A DNA stretch of 64,000 nt. Source: an uncultured Candidatus Babeliaceae bacterium. GTDB taxonomy: Bacteria > Babelota > Babeliae > Babelales > Babelaceae. A program made the translations under genes and the position numbers. The stretch covers positions 292,222 through 356,221 of the forward strand of contig OY969927.1 of the NCBI GenBank assembly GCA_963704655.1, written 5' to 3'. Position 1 is the first letter of the stretch. The number at the start of each line of letters is the position of its first letter. A model generated the notes under the pieces. The model was not told the DNA's origin. It was given only the letters and a program-made list of their open reading frames with translations, and did not search any database. Shown here piece by piece: positions 1-8,426 of the stretch.

Positions 1-608
1 TCAACTGCGTCGCACACATAGGCATATTGACCACTTGGAATTATTGCCATGGCAGCAGGGTTATTAACAGTAGTAAAGGTATTGTATGCGCTTGCTGATT
101 CAGGAGTTGAATAGAAAATTACATAGCCGGTGTTGCTTGATTCATTGAGTACATACAGATAATAACCGGCACCAGGGTACATTGCGGTTACTACTGGTGT
201 AACCAATGATGGAAATGTATAAAAAATTCCATATGATGGTTCAGCAGGATCTGTGAACGCGAAGTAATATATAATGCCTGTTGCACCATTGTTAGTGCCT
301 ATATAACCATATTGGCCCCCGTATAATCCGCCGGGTATAATAGTTAGGTTGCTCGTTGGTTCTAAAGGAAATGTAATGTAATAACCAACGATACTTGGTG
401 CTGCAGGATTTGTTAGATCAAGACTATTAAGTGCTGGAGTGCTTGAAATAGTATCTATCACATACGCAAAGTCACCTTGTGGGCGTATGGCAATTGTGCT
501 TGGGGTATCTAATGGGCCTGCTGTATTGACAATGGTATTTGGTGGGTTAAGAGCATAGACAATGTTTGATAATGTCACTAGCGCACTTAAAAATATTTTT
601 TTATTCAT
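1..608 (-). CDS. secreted beta-propeller-repeat protein (YVTN/LVIVD-like), N-terminal part; ORF continues beyond window start
   Basis: Hand translation of the minus strand from ATG at 608-606 gives MNKKIFLSALVTLSNIVYALNPP..., open down to position 3. It has a signal-peptide-like N-terminus, then recurring units such as TIAIRPQGDFAYVIDT and AMAIIPSGQYAYVCDA. It is absent from the ORF track because it has no stop in the window. Confidence 0.6.
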   Translation of the reverse strand, partial: MNKKIFLSALVTLSNIVYALNPPNTIVNTAGPLDTPSTIAIRPQGDFAYVIDTISSTPALNSLDLTNPAAPSIVGYYITFPLEPTSNLTIIPGGLYGGQYGYIGTNNGATGIIYYFAFTDPAEPSYGIFYTFPSLVTPVVTAMYPGAGYYLYVLNESSNTGYVIFYSTPESASAYNTFTTVNNPAAMAIIPSGQYAYVCDAV

Positions 609-676
609 AGGTTTTTTCCTTTGTTTTTTGAATACATGCTTGATAGAAAGTTACCTAATAGCAGCTTTACAAGTCA

Positions 677-708
677 AGTTGCATAAGGATTTTCTGCGTT
701 CTGATAAT
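677..708 (+). promoter_or_regulatory. conserved 24-nt box with candidate sigma70-like promoter upstream of fibre gene 1
   Basis: AGTTGCATAAGGATTTTCTGCGTT (677-700) recurs 22/24 at 6783-6806. It contains TTGCAT (679-684), an 18-nt spacer and GATAAT (703-708). Confidence 0.35.
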
Positions 709-831
709 TTACGGTGTCGTTTATACGCAAATACATTAAGAGCTGTTATTGATTATGTATTGACTCATGTCATATTTGCATGTTAATAACAACTACAATA
801 TCTACATTTTAAAAAAAGAGAGTTAGTAGTT

Positions 832-3800
832 ATGAAGCAATATCTTTATGCAGCAGTCGCTGCAGCCATGTTATGTGTATCTTTACAAGCAGAAATAATC
901 TCATTGGAACAGGCTTATGTGGTTTTACAAGAGCTTGAAATGTTCGCACAAGGCGATCAACTTGATGCATCGAGTGATACTATTATGTTCGCGCTTGATG
1001 AACTTATAGGTTATCTTGAAAGTGATACACAGCTTTCAGCAGATGTTCGTTTGGATATTTCAAAAAAGATTAATCTGCTTGTTAAAAAAATTAATCTGCA
1101 GACACGTGCGCCACGTTTAGATGCACCAGAAATACGTGAAACTACAATACTTAATGAAAATTATTACCCAACGCGCGATCTCTATTTACGCAACTTACTC
1201 ATTACCGGCTCGCTTATTTTAAATGGCCAGCAGATCGGCGGTGGCGGCAGTGTGCCAAGTAATCTCTATGTATTAAAAGCTGGCGACACCATGACGGGCG
1301 ATTTAACCATGGCAGACCAGCATGGCATTGTATTAGAAGATGCTTCTGGCGCCAATGCAATTACCGTGCAAGCCCCAAATACTACCGAAACTTATAGCTT
1401 TACGTTGCCAGATAGTGCTGGCGCTGCAAACCAAGCGCTTACTACAGACGGCTTTGGGAATTTAACGTGGGCATCTGCGATTGCAACAACCTCTGGATTA
1501 CAAAGTATTAATAATCTCACAACACCGCACCAATATCTTCTTACCAGCACGGGGACATCAACTGCATTTCAGTTTATCGAAACAAGTTCTTCGCATATTT
1601 TAAATATTCCATACGTTCAGGATTCTAGCCAAGGGTATGGTCTTCTAGATTCTGCTGATTACAATAATTTTGTTAATGCCGCAAACATGGTTAATGCTGC
1701 AACCAGCGACGACGTTTGTGGCACACTTGTAAAGCGTGATGCTAATTGTAATTTTTCAGCTAATATAATTACGGCAACCGTAACGTATGCTAACTTTGCC
1801 TTAACGTCTTCAAGTGCATTAACGGCAGTAACATCAACAACGGCACAATATGCACAGGTAGCAAACAGCGCCAACTATCTTTGTGGCGTACCTGCATGTA
1901 ATTTAGTAAGTACCTATTCACAAGTTCTTTCCGGGACAAGTTTTGATATTCCATTAACACTCGTCTTGCGTGATAGCACCGGCAGCTTTGCAGCAACAAC
2001 TATTACACTCACCGGTGAATTGTTGTTACAAAATGCAAATGGTAATCTAACAGCGCTTCAAGCAGGTGCGCAAAGTTTTGCTCCAGTGTATACACTGATA
2101 TTGCCAACAACAATTGGTGGTGATAATCAGGTATTAACAACAGACGGTAATAACCCAGCAAATCTTTTTTGGCAGCCTGTTTCTGCAATTGTAACTTCTA
2201 CAATTGAACTTTATGGCGATGTTATGGGGTCATCAACTGCAAATATCGTTAATACTATATGCGGACAAAGTGCATGTTCAATTGTTACCACCGTTACCAC
2301 TGCAACAAGTGACAATATCTGTGGTACTTTGGTAAAACGTGACAGTAACTGTAACTTTTCTGCTAATTTAATTACTGCAACGGTGACAAATGCACTTCTT
2401 TCACAAACAGCATTATATGCAACTAATGCGCTACTTTCGGTAACTTCGCAATATGCGCAAAACGCAGGTTCGACTAACTTTGCTTACACGTCATCGCTTG
2501 CACAATATGCACAGGTAGCAAACAGTGCCAACTATCTTTGTGGTGTGCCTGCATGTAATTTAGTAAATACATATTCACAGGTACTTTCCGGGACAAGTTT
2601 TGATATTCCATTAACACTCGTCTTGCGTGATAGCACCGGCAGCTTTGCAGCAACAACTATTACACTCACCGGTGAATTGTTGTTACAAAATGCAAATGGT
2701 AATCTAACAGCGCTTGAAGCTGGTGCGCAAAGTTTTGCTCCAGTCTATACATTAATATTGCCAACAACAATTGGTGGTGATAATCAGGTATTAACAACAG
2801 ACGGTAATAACCCAGCAAATCTTTTTTGGCAGCCTGTTTCTGCAATTGTAACTTCTACAATTGAACTTTATGGCGATGTTATGGGGTCATCAACTGCAAA
2901 TCATGTTGCATTTGTATGTGGCGTGCCTGCATGTGCACTCGCACAAACGTATTCAACGGTTCTTTCAGCAACTGCATGTGATATTCCACTCACGCTTATA
3001 TTGCGTGACAGCACGGGCAGCTTTGCGGCAACAACTATTACACTCACGGGAAACAGTTTAATAAATTACAGCTCTGTCGGCGGATGCAACACTGGAGCTG
3101 GCTTTGTCTTTGCTCCGACAAAACAAAACACCATTATCGGGCTTGGTGCTGGTAATAATAACGTTCTCACTGGAACATCAAACATTGCAGTTGGATATCA
3201 GGCACTTGCAAAAAATACTTCTGGTTATAATAATGTGGCTCTTGGATTTAAGGCACTTGCAAATGGCAATACGATCAATAACTTTGACAATATCGCCATT
3301 GGCGCCAATACGCTTTCTGGCGCATCTATTTTAGGTGATAACGTTGCAGTTGGAACAAATGCGCTTTCTGCGTCGGGTTATACCGGCGGGCAGCAGATAG
3401 CAATTGGAACGGGTGCGTTACAAGCAAATACCACCGGTACTGGAAACATCGCAATTGGTTATGATGCATTACAAACAAATACAAGTGGGGTAAATAATAT
3501 AGCAATAGGCGCTTATGCACTGAGTAAGTTAAACTATAACCTACCGTTTCTTGGTATACCTAGCGGGGCAAATAATATTGCTATAGGCTCCAATGCATTA
3601 AGTAATATAGCTATAGCTGGTGAAAATGTCGCTATAGGCTCAAATACCTTACAGAATGGATCTTTTTCATACGGAAATGTTGCTATTGGTTATAACGCAT
3701 TTGTTTTTGGCAATTCAGCATTCAATGTGGCTGTTGGTAATTCGAGTATGGTCAGCAATAATACGGGCGCAAGCAACACAGCTGTTGGTTATTATTCACT

Positions 3801-6720
3801 TTCTGGTAACATAAGTGGCAATAGCAATACAGCTATAGGTTCTTATTCACTTTCTGGTAACATAACTGGCTTTAATAACACTGCAGTTGGTTATAATGCT
3901 CTAACGGCTTCAGTTGGCAGTGACCTTACTGCTGTGGGAGCTCAAGCTTTACAAAATAATACCTTAGGTACTCAAAACGTTGGCGTGGGTTATAGCGCAC
4001 TACAAGACAATACTATAGGATCTAATAGTACTGCTGTTGGATACAATGCTCTTATCAATGCAGTAAGCTCAAACAATAATACTGCCATTGGTAATTTTAC
4101 ACTTAACAATGCGGCTGTTGGTTCAGACAATACCGCTGTTGGTAATCAGGCTCTATCAAATACCCAAACAAGTTCGTTGGTTGGAATAGGTTCTGGTGCG
4201 CTATTCAATAATAGCACCGGCGCACAAAATGTTGCTGTTGGTTATTATGCACTTAATGCAAATACAACTGGTGGATCAAACACTGCGTTAGGATACAATG
4301 TGCTCAACCAATCAACCGGCAGCAATAACACGGTAGTCGGCGCAAACTCTGGCACCGGCATAACATCTGGAGCACATAATATTTATCTTGGTGACAGCAT
4401 TAATAATGGCAATGAAAGTAATACTATACGAATTGGCAACAGTAACCAAACTGAAGCATATGTTGCGGGCATTTATGGAACATCATTACCAAGTGGTTCA
4501 CCTGTTGTTGTTACATCAAGTGGCCAGCTTGGCATCGGTTCTTCAACAACAGTCACCGGCACCAGCTGCGATACAGCACTCACGTTTATATTGCGTGACA
4601 GCACGGGCAGCTTTGCAGCAACAACCGTCACACTCACCGGCCACAGCTTAATTAATTACAGCTCTGTGGGCGGGTGCGATACGGGCGCTGGCTTTGTCTG
4701 GGCGCCAACAAACCAAAATACTATTATCGGCTTAAACGCAGGAAATAATAATGTCATTACTGGCACATCAAACGTTGCTTTAGGCTACCATGCACTTGCA
4801 AATGCAAAAACTATAAATAACTTTGACAATATAGCTATCGGCGCATTTACCCTTACTGGAACTGCCGTGCTTGGCGACAATATCGCAATTGGGGTGAATG
4901 CCCTTTCAAATGTGAACTATAACAAAGGCCAGCAGATTGCTATTGGTACTGGAGCATTGCAAAATAATACAAGCGGTATACAAAATACTGCAGTGGGTTA
5001 TTATGCGTTAAACTTAAATACAACCGGAACATCAAACGTCGCTCTAGGTTATAATGCTGGAAGTGGTTTAATTACTGGTACAGGGAACATTATCATTGGC
5101 GCATATACCGCCCAAGGTTTAACCTCTGGAGCAAATAATATTATTATCGGGCAAGGCGCTACCGCAGCAGCATCAACCGCAAGTAATAATACTACTATTG
5201 GTACACTTGTAGGTGTTAATAGTACCTCGAGTAATAATGTCGTAGTTGGTTATCAAGCATTACAAAATGATACGGCCGGAAACCAAGTTGCTGTTGGATA
5301 TCAAGCATTACAAAATAACACTGACGGTTCACAAAATACTGCTGTTGGGTACCAAGCGCTTAATGCGAATACTACTGGAACATCAAATGTGGCTCTTGGG
5401 TTTAAGGCACTTGCAAATGGCAATACTATCAATAATTCTCGCAATATAGCAATTGGGGCCAATGCCCTTTCTGGATCTGCCGTGCTTGGTGACAATGTCG
5501 CAATTGGGGTGAATGCACTTTCAAATGTGAACTATAACCAGAAGCAGCAGATAGCTATCGGAACAGGTGCATTGCAAGATAATACAAACGGTACGCAAAA
5601 TATTGCTATAGGATATCAAGCGCTTAATGCAAATACTGGGTCAGGACAGAACGTTGTTATAGGGACCGAAGCATTATCATCTGTTAATGATGCTAGTTCG
5701 TTTTCTAATGTAGTAATAGGGCATCAAGCTCTACAAACTGGGAACAATACCATATATGAAAACGTGGCCATTGGTTATCAAGCAATGCAAGCGAATAATG
5801 CTAGTGCCCAATGCGTTGCTATCGGTTGTCAGGCACTTCTAAATAATCAAAATCCGTATATAACCGCTATAGGTTATCAGGCACTTCAAATGAATAATGC
5901 GGGAGCGCTAAACACGGCAGTGGGAGCAGGTGCATTAAGTCAATCAAGTGGTCAAGCTAACAATACAGCCGTGGGCTATAGTGCATTAGCTAATAATTCC
6001 AATGGTAATAATAATACCGCGGTGGGTACTTATGCTTTATCCGGAGGAGCTGTAAGTACTGGTTATTACAATGTTGGAGTTGGGGTTGGGGCTGGTACAC
6101 AAATAACATCTGGAAATTCAAATACGCTTATTGGTTGTATCGCAGGTACAAATCTTGACTCAGGCAACAATAATACCATGATTGGTTATAATACAGGCGG
6201 CAGCGTTACTACTGGAAACAACGTTATTGTTATTGGAGCAGGCCTGCCCGGTTCAAACACTGCAAACAGCACATATATAGCTGGCATTTCTGGGGCAACG
6301 GCAAGTGGTGGCGTAGAGGTATATTGTAATACCAGCAGTCAACTTGGAACTGTTAATTCTTCTCGACGTTATAAAGAAAATATTAAGGACCTAGGTAATT
6401 TTTCAGATAATATCTATAAATTACGTCCCGTGCAATTTAATTACATAAGTGATCAAGAAAAGTGGTTTGAAGCTGGTTTAATAGCAGAAGAAGTAGAGGA
6501 TGTTTATCCAGAAATAATTGTTTATAACAAAGATGGTGAAGTTGAAACGATACGCTATAAACAGGTGTATATGATGATGCTTAATGAACAGCAAAAAGAT
6601 CATGCACGCATTGCCACCCTTGAAGATCAATGTAGTGCATTGCAACAAACCAATAACCTGATGTCCGCACAGATCGCCGATCTCCAAGCAAAAATTGAGA
6701 TGTTATTAGCAAAGGCATAA
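832..6720 (+). CDS. fibre protein 1 (1962 aa): signal peptide, tail-fibre-like motifs, N-x-A-V/I-G beta-roll repeats, C-terminal Peptidase_S74 chaperone
   Basis: ORF track. Signal peptide MKQYLYAAVAAAMLCVSLQA. The helical N-domain resembles those of the 48450 and 51207 products. Motifs present are YSFTLPDSAGAANQALTTDGFGNLTW and repeated LTLVLRDSTGSFAATTITLTG. There are dozens of NTAVGYxAL-type repeats. An internal neck reads TIRIGNSNQTEAYVAGIYGT..PVVVTSSGQLGIG. The C-terminus is SSRRYKENIKDL..GLIAEEVEDVYPE..MMLNEQQKD. Confidence 0.92.
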   Translation: MKQYLYAAVAAAMLCVSLQAEIISLEQAYVVLQELEMFAQGDQLDASSDTIMFALDELIGYLESDTQLSADVRLDISKKINLLVKKINLQTRAPRLDAPEIRETTILNENYYPTRDLYLRNLLITGSLILNGQQIGGGGSVPSNLYVLKAGDTMTGDLTMADQHGIVLEDASGANAITVQAPNTTETYSFTLPDSAGAANQALTTDGFGNLTWASAIATTSGLQSINNLTTPHQYLLTSTGTSTAFQFIETSSSHILNIPYVQDSSQGYGLLDSADYNNFVNAANMVNAATSDDVCGTLVKRDANCNFSANIITATVTYANFALTSSSALTAVTSTTAQYAQVANSANYLCGVPACNLVSTYSQVLSGTSFDIPLTLVLRDSTGSFAATTITLTGELLLQNANGNLTALQAGAQSFAPVYTLILPTTIGGDNQVLTTDGNNPANLFWQPVSAIVTSTIELYGDVMGSSTANIVNTICGQSACSIVTTVTTATSDNICGTLVKRDSNCNFSANLITATVTNALLSQTALYATNALLSVTSQYAQNAGSTNFAYTSSLAQYAQVANSANYLCGVPACNLVNTYSQVLSGTSFDIPLTLVLRDSTGSFAATTITLTGELLLQNANGNLTALEAGAQSFAPVYTLILPTTIGGDNQVLTTDGNNPANLFWQPVSAIVTSTIELYGDVMGSSTANHVAFVCGVPACALAQTYSTVLSATACDIPLTLILRDSTGSFAATTITLTGNSLINYSSVGGCNTGAGFVFAPTKQNTIIGLGAGNNNVLTGTSNIAVGYQALAKNTSGYNNVALGFKALANGNTINNFDNIAIGANTLSGASILGDNVAVGTNALSASGYTGGQQIAIGTGALQANTTGTGNIAIGYDALQTNTSGVNNIAIGAYALSKLNYNLPFLGIPSGANNIAIGSNALSNIAIAGENVAIGSNTLQNGSFSYGNVAIGYNAFVFGNSAFNVAVGNSSMVSNNTGASNTAVGYYSLSGNISGNSNTAIGSYSLSGNITGFNNTAVGYNALTASVGSDLTAVGAQALQNNTLGTQNVGVGYSALQDNTIGSNSTAVGYNALINAVSSNNNTAIGNFTLNNAAVGSDNTAVGNQALSNTQTSSLVGIGSGALFNNSTGAQNVAVGYYALNANTTGGSNTALGYNVLNQSTGSNNTVVGANSGTGITSGAHNIYLGDSINNGNESNTIRIGNSNQTEAYVAGIYGTSLPSGSPVVVTSSGQLGIGSSTTVTGTSCDTALTFILRDSTGSFAATTVTLTGHSLINYSSVGGCDTGAGFVWAPTNQNTIIGLNAGNNNVITGTSNVALGYHALANAKTINNFDNIAIGAFTLTGTAVLGDNIAIGVNALSNVNYNKGQQIAIGTGALQNNTSGIQNTAVGYYALNLNTTGTSNVALGYNAGSGLITGTGNIIIGAYTAQGLTSGANNIIIGQGATAAASTASNNTTIGTLVGVNSTSSNNVVVGYQALQNDTAGNQVAVGYQALQNNTDGSQNTAVGYQALNANTTGTSNVALGFKALANGNTINNSRNIAIGANALSGSAVLGDNVAIGVNALSNVNYNQKQQIAIGTGALQDNTNGTQNIAIGYQALNANTGSGQNVVIGTEALSSVNDASSFSNVVIGHQALQTGNNTIYENVAIGYQAMQANNASAQCVAIGCQALLNNQNPYITAIGYQALQMNNAGALNTAVGAGALSQSSGQANNTAVGYSALANNSNGNNNTAVGTYALSGGAVSTGYYNVGVGVGAGTQITSGNSNTLIGCIAGTNLDSGNNNTMIGYNTGGSVTTGNNVIVIGAGLPGSNTANSTYIAGISGATASGGVEVYCNTSSQLGTVNSSRRYKENIKDLGNFSDNIYKLRPVQFNYISDQEKWFEAGLIAEEVEDVYPEIIVYNKDGEVETIRYKQVYMMMLNEQQKDHARIATLEDQCSALQQTNNLMSAQIADLQAKIEMLLAKA
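1843..2901 (+). repeat. two near-identical in-frame 402-bp copies (1843-2244 and 2500-2901), period 657 bp
   Basis: Protein segments AQYAQVANSANYLCGVPACNLV..LYGDVMGSSTAN occur twice with 2 aa differences. The antisense ORFs 1790-1999 and 2474-2656 mirror each other. Confidence 0.9.
6358..6717 (+). other. Peptidase_S74-like intramolecular chaperone domain (fibre 1 C-terminus)
   Basis: S-S-R-R-Y-K-E-N-I places Ser at 0 and Lys at +5. It is followed by LRPVQFNY, GLIAEEVEDVYPE, YKQVYMMMLNEQQKD and a terminal coiled coil. This pattern matches the endosialidase/tail-fibre chaperone family. Confidence 0.8.
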
Positions 6721-6737
6721 TGATACTATTGTTATAA

Positions 6738-6777
6738 CAAGGGGGGCCGTGGAGATATCCATGGCCCCTTGTTTTTA
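6738..6777 (+). terminator. rho-independent terminator after fibre gene 1
   Basis: The GC-rich hairpin CAAGGGGGGCCGTGGA / TCCATGGCCCCTTG is followed by TTTTT. Confidence 0.65.
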
Positions 6778-6782
6778 TGTGC

Positions 6783-6813
6783 AGTTGCATAAGAATTGTC
6801 TGCGTTGTATGCT
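6783..6813 (+). promoter_or_regulatory. second copy of the 24-nt box with candidate promoter, upstream of the GT2 gene
   Basis: AGTTGCATAAGAATTGTCTGCGTT spans 6783-6806. TTGCAT (6785-6790), a 17-nt spacer and TATGCT (6808-6813) follow. The leader AAAAAAAGGGAGTTAGTTGTATG (6824-6846) parallels AAAAAAAGAGAGTTAGTAGTTATG (811-834). Confidence 0.35.
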
Positions 6814-6843
6814 TTCCCCAAATAAAAAAAGGGAGTTAGTTGT

Positions 6844-7737
6844 ATGATGCAGATGTATAAAAAAATATTTTTTTTAATCGTAGTGTGTGTGTCGCTTTTT
6901 CATGCGCGGGATTCTCATGCTCTGGATATGATTTCTTTTATTATGCCCTGTTATAATGCAGACAAATTAGAACATGCGCTTGCAAGTATTTATCGGCAAA
7001 AAATAGATTGCCCGTTTGAAGTTATCTGTTGTGACGATGGCTCGACAGATGATACCTTTAAAAGGCTTTTAAGTTGTAAGCGAATGTACCCAAATCTTAA
7101 AGTGGTTCGCCATGGTACCAATAAAGGTGCCGGCGCTGCAGCAAATACCTGTGTACAATACAGCAAGGGTAAGTGGTTATACCGATTAGATTCTGATAAT
7201 ATGTTGCCCGAACCAGAGCTTGAAGTGATTAATAAGTTAGTTGCACTTTTAGAGAGCAGTGGGTGCGATGCGGCTATGGTTGAAACGATGGTGCTCTTTG
7301 AAGGTGACAGAAATATTAAAGCGCTGTGGCGCTATGAATCAGCAAGTGGTATGTGTGACCTTGAACATTGTATTACCGTGCCACATGATCCTGCAATGTC
7401 AGGTAATTTTTTAATGCGCAAAAGTGCCTATCTGCGCGTAGGCGGTTACCCAGAGGATCACGGTTCTGATACCTTTAGATTCGGCTTTAAATTATATGCA
7501 ACCGGTGGCAAAGTGGCGATTTTACGCGGTGCGTGGTACTGGCACTTTTATAACCCACATGGTTACTGGTGGCGCGAACAAAAATCAGGTAATAATGACG
7601 CTAAAGCGTTGCAGACCGTTATGGAACATAAAGATCTTTTTACACGCACTTCGCAACGGTATTTACATGATGCGCAAATGGGAAAAACAACACTATTTTT
7701 ATTGATACATAATAAATTACTTCAATTAAAAAACTAA
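6844..7737 (+). CDS. family-2 (GT-A) glycosyltransferase with N-terminal hydrophobic anchor
   Basis: ISFIMPCYNADKLEHALASIYRQ..VICCDDGSTDDT and LDSDNM (DxD) form a GT2 signature. The N-terminus is KKIFFLIVVCVSLF. The start could be 6844, 6847 or 6853. Confidence 0.8.
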   Translation: MMQMYKKIFFLIVVCVSLFHARDSHALDMISFIMPCYNADKLEHALASIYRQKIDCPFEVICCDDGSTDDTFKRLLSCKRMYPNLKVVRHGTNKGAGAAANTCVQYSKGKWLYRLDSDNMLPEPELEVINKLVALLESSGCDAAMVETMVLFEGDRNIKALWRYESASGMCDLEHCITVPHDPAMSGNFLMRKSAYLRVGGYPEDHGSDTFRFGFKLYATGGKVAILRGAWYWHFYNPHGYWWREQKSGNNDAKALQTVMEHKDLFTRTSQRYLHDAQMGKTTLFLLIHNKLLQLKN

Positions 7738-7778
7738 TAGTATATTTAAAATATAATGCATTATATTGGTATTTTGGT

Positions 7779-7811
7779 AAAATGGTTATATAAAAAAATT
7801 ATAACCATTTT
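7779..7811 (+). terminator. hairpin downstream of the GT2 gene
   Basis: AAAATGGTTATA (7779-7790) pairs perfectly with TATAACCATTTT (7800-7811) across a 9-nt loop. The stem is AT-rich, so terminator function is uncertain. Confidence 0.4.
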
Positions 7812-7825
7812 TACCTGAGTACTCT

Positions 7826-8299
7826 ATGAAAACATTGTATTTATTTTTAGTATCTGTAGTAATTTTGAGCATTTCAGCCATGCAGCATGAAGAATTTTTT
7901 ATTGCCCCGACTTTGGAAAATGATAAATTGTCATTGTTTCAAGAAGTATGTGGCCGTAATGATAAAGATTTTCTCTGCAATTTACATGATGAAATTGAGC
8001 AATTGACTCCGGAGATAAGACAGAAGATAGACGAAGAAATAAACCGGCTAGAATTTCAAGTTGCTGGTTTGTCTGACAATAAACCTGCCTTATTGACGGT
8101 AAATTCGAAGCTTATGTTTTTTGAGAGAAAACGATTAAATATTTCGATTGCGGCTATTTATGCACAAAATGTTTTAGAGTTGTATAAGCAATTTCCGTTG
8201 TGTGAGAGTAGTGACAACAATGCTAGCTTAATCCAGAGTTCTCTCAAAAATGCTCGTTTAATAATGCTACAAAATAAATCTTTGCTTAGATTTTATTAA
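7826..8299 (+). CDS. hypothetical secreted protein
   Basis: ORF track, 157 aa. The N-terminus MKTLYLFLVSVVILSISA is hydrophobic. No recognisable motif. Confidence 0.55.
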   Translation: MKTLYLFLVSVVILSISAMQHEEFFIAPTLENDKLSLFQEVCGRNDKDFLCNLHDEIEQLTPEIRQKIDEEINRLEFQVAGLSDNKPALLTVNSKLMFFERKRLNISIAAIYAQNVLELYKQFPLCESSDNNASLIQSSLKNARLIMLQNKSLLRFY

Positions 8300-8304
8300 T
8301 ATAA

Positions 8305-8410
8305 CGTGAGTTCGATGAAAAGCCTTTTAATTTAAGCAATTTTTGATCCCGTCAGTATCATGGAGCGCTATGTGCTCTACTGGTGCGTTTAGCGCACTAT
8401 TTTCGGGCTT
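8305..8410 (+). mobile_element. truncated copy (left end only) of the CGTGAGTTCGA-ended MITE-like element
   Basis: CGTGAGTTCGATGAAAAGCC..CCCGTCAGTATCATGGAGCGCTATGTGCTCTAC aligns with 20800-20875. No right end is found before the tatD stop at 8427. Confidence 0.55.
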
Positions 8411-8426
8411 AATGATGATTAAGATG

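Noticed and set aside
562-786. 74-aa ORF in the divergent intergenic region
   Set aside because: It overlaps the 5' end of the minus-strand propeller gene and the candidate promoter box. The sequence is low-complexity and hydrophobic, and no ribosome-binding site is present.
6859-6875. Phase variation through homopolymer tracts (A7/T8 in the GT2 5' coding region, A8 at 13524-13531, T9 at about 47168)
   Set aside because: A/T runs of 7-9 nt are common throughout this AT-rich sequence. They arise naturally from Lys/Phe-rich signal peptides, and there is no evidence of frame-shifted alternative reading frames.
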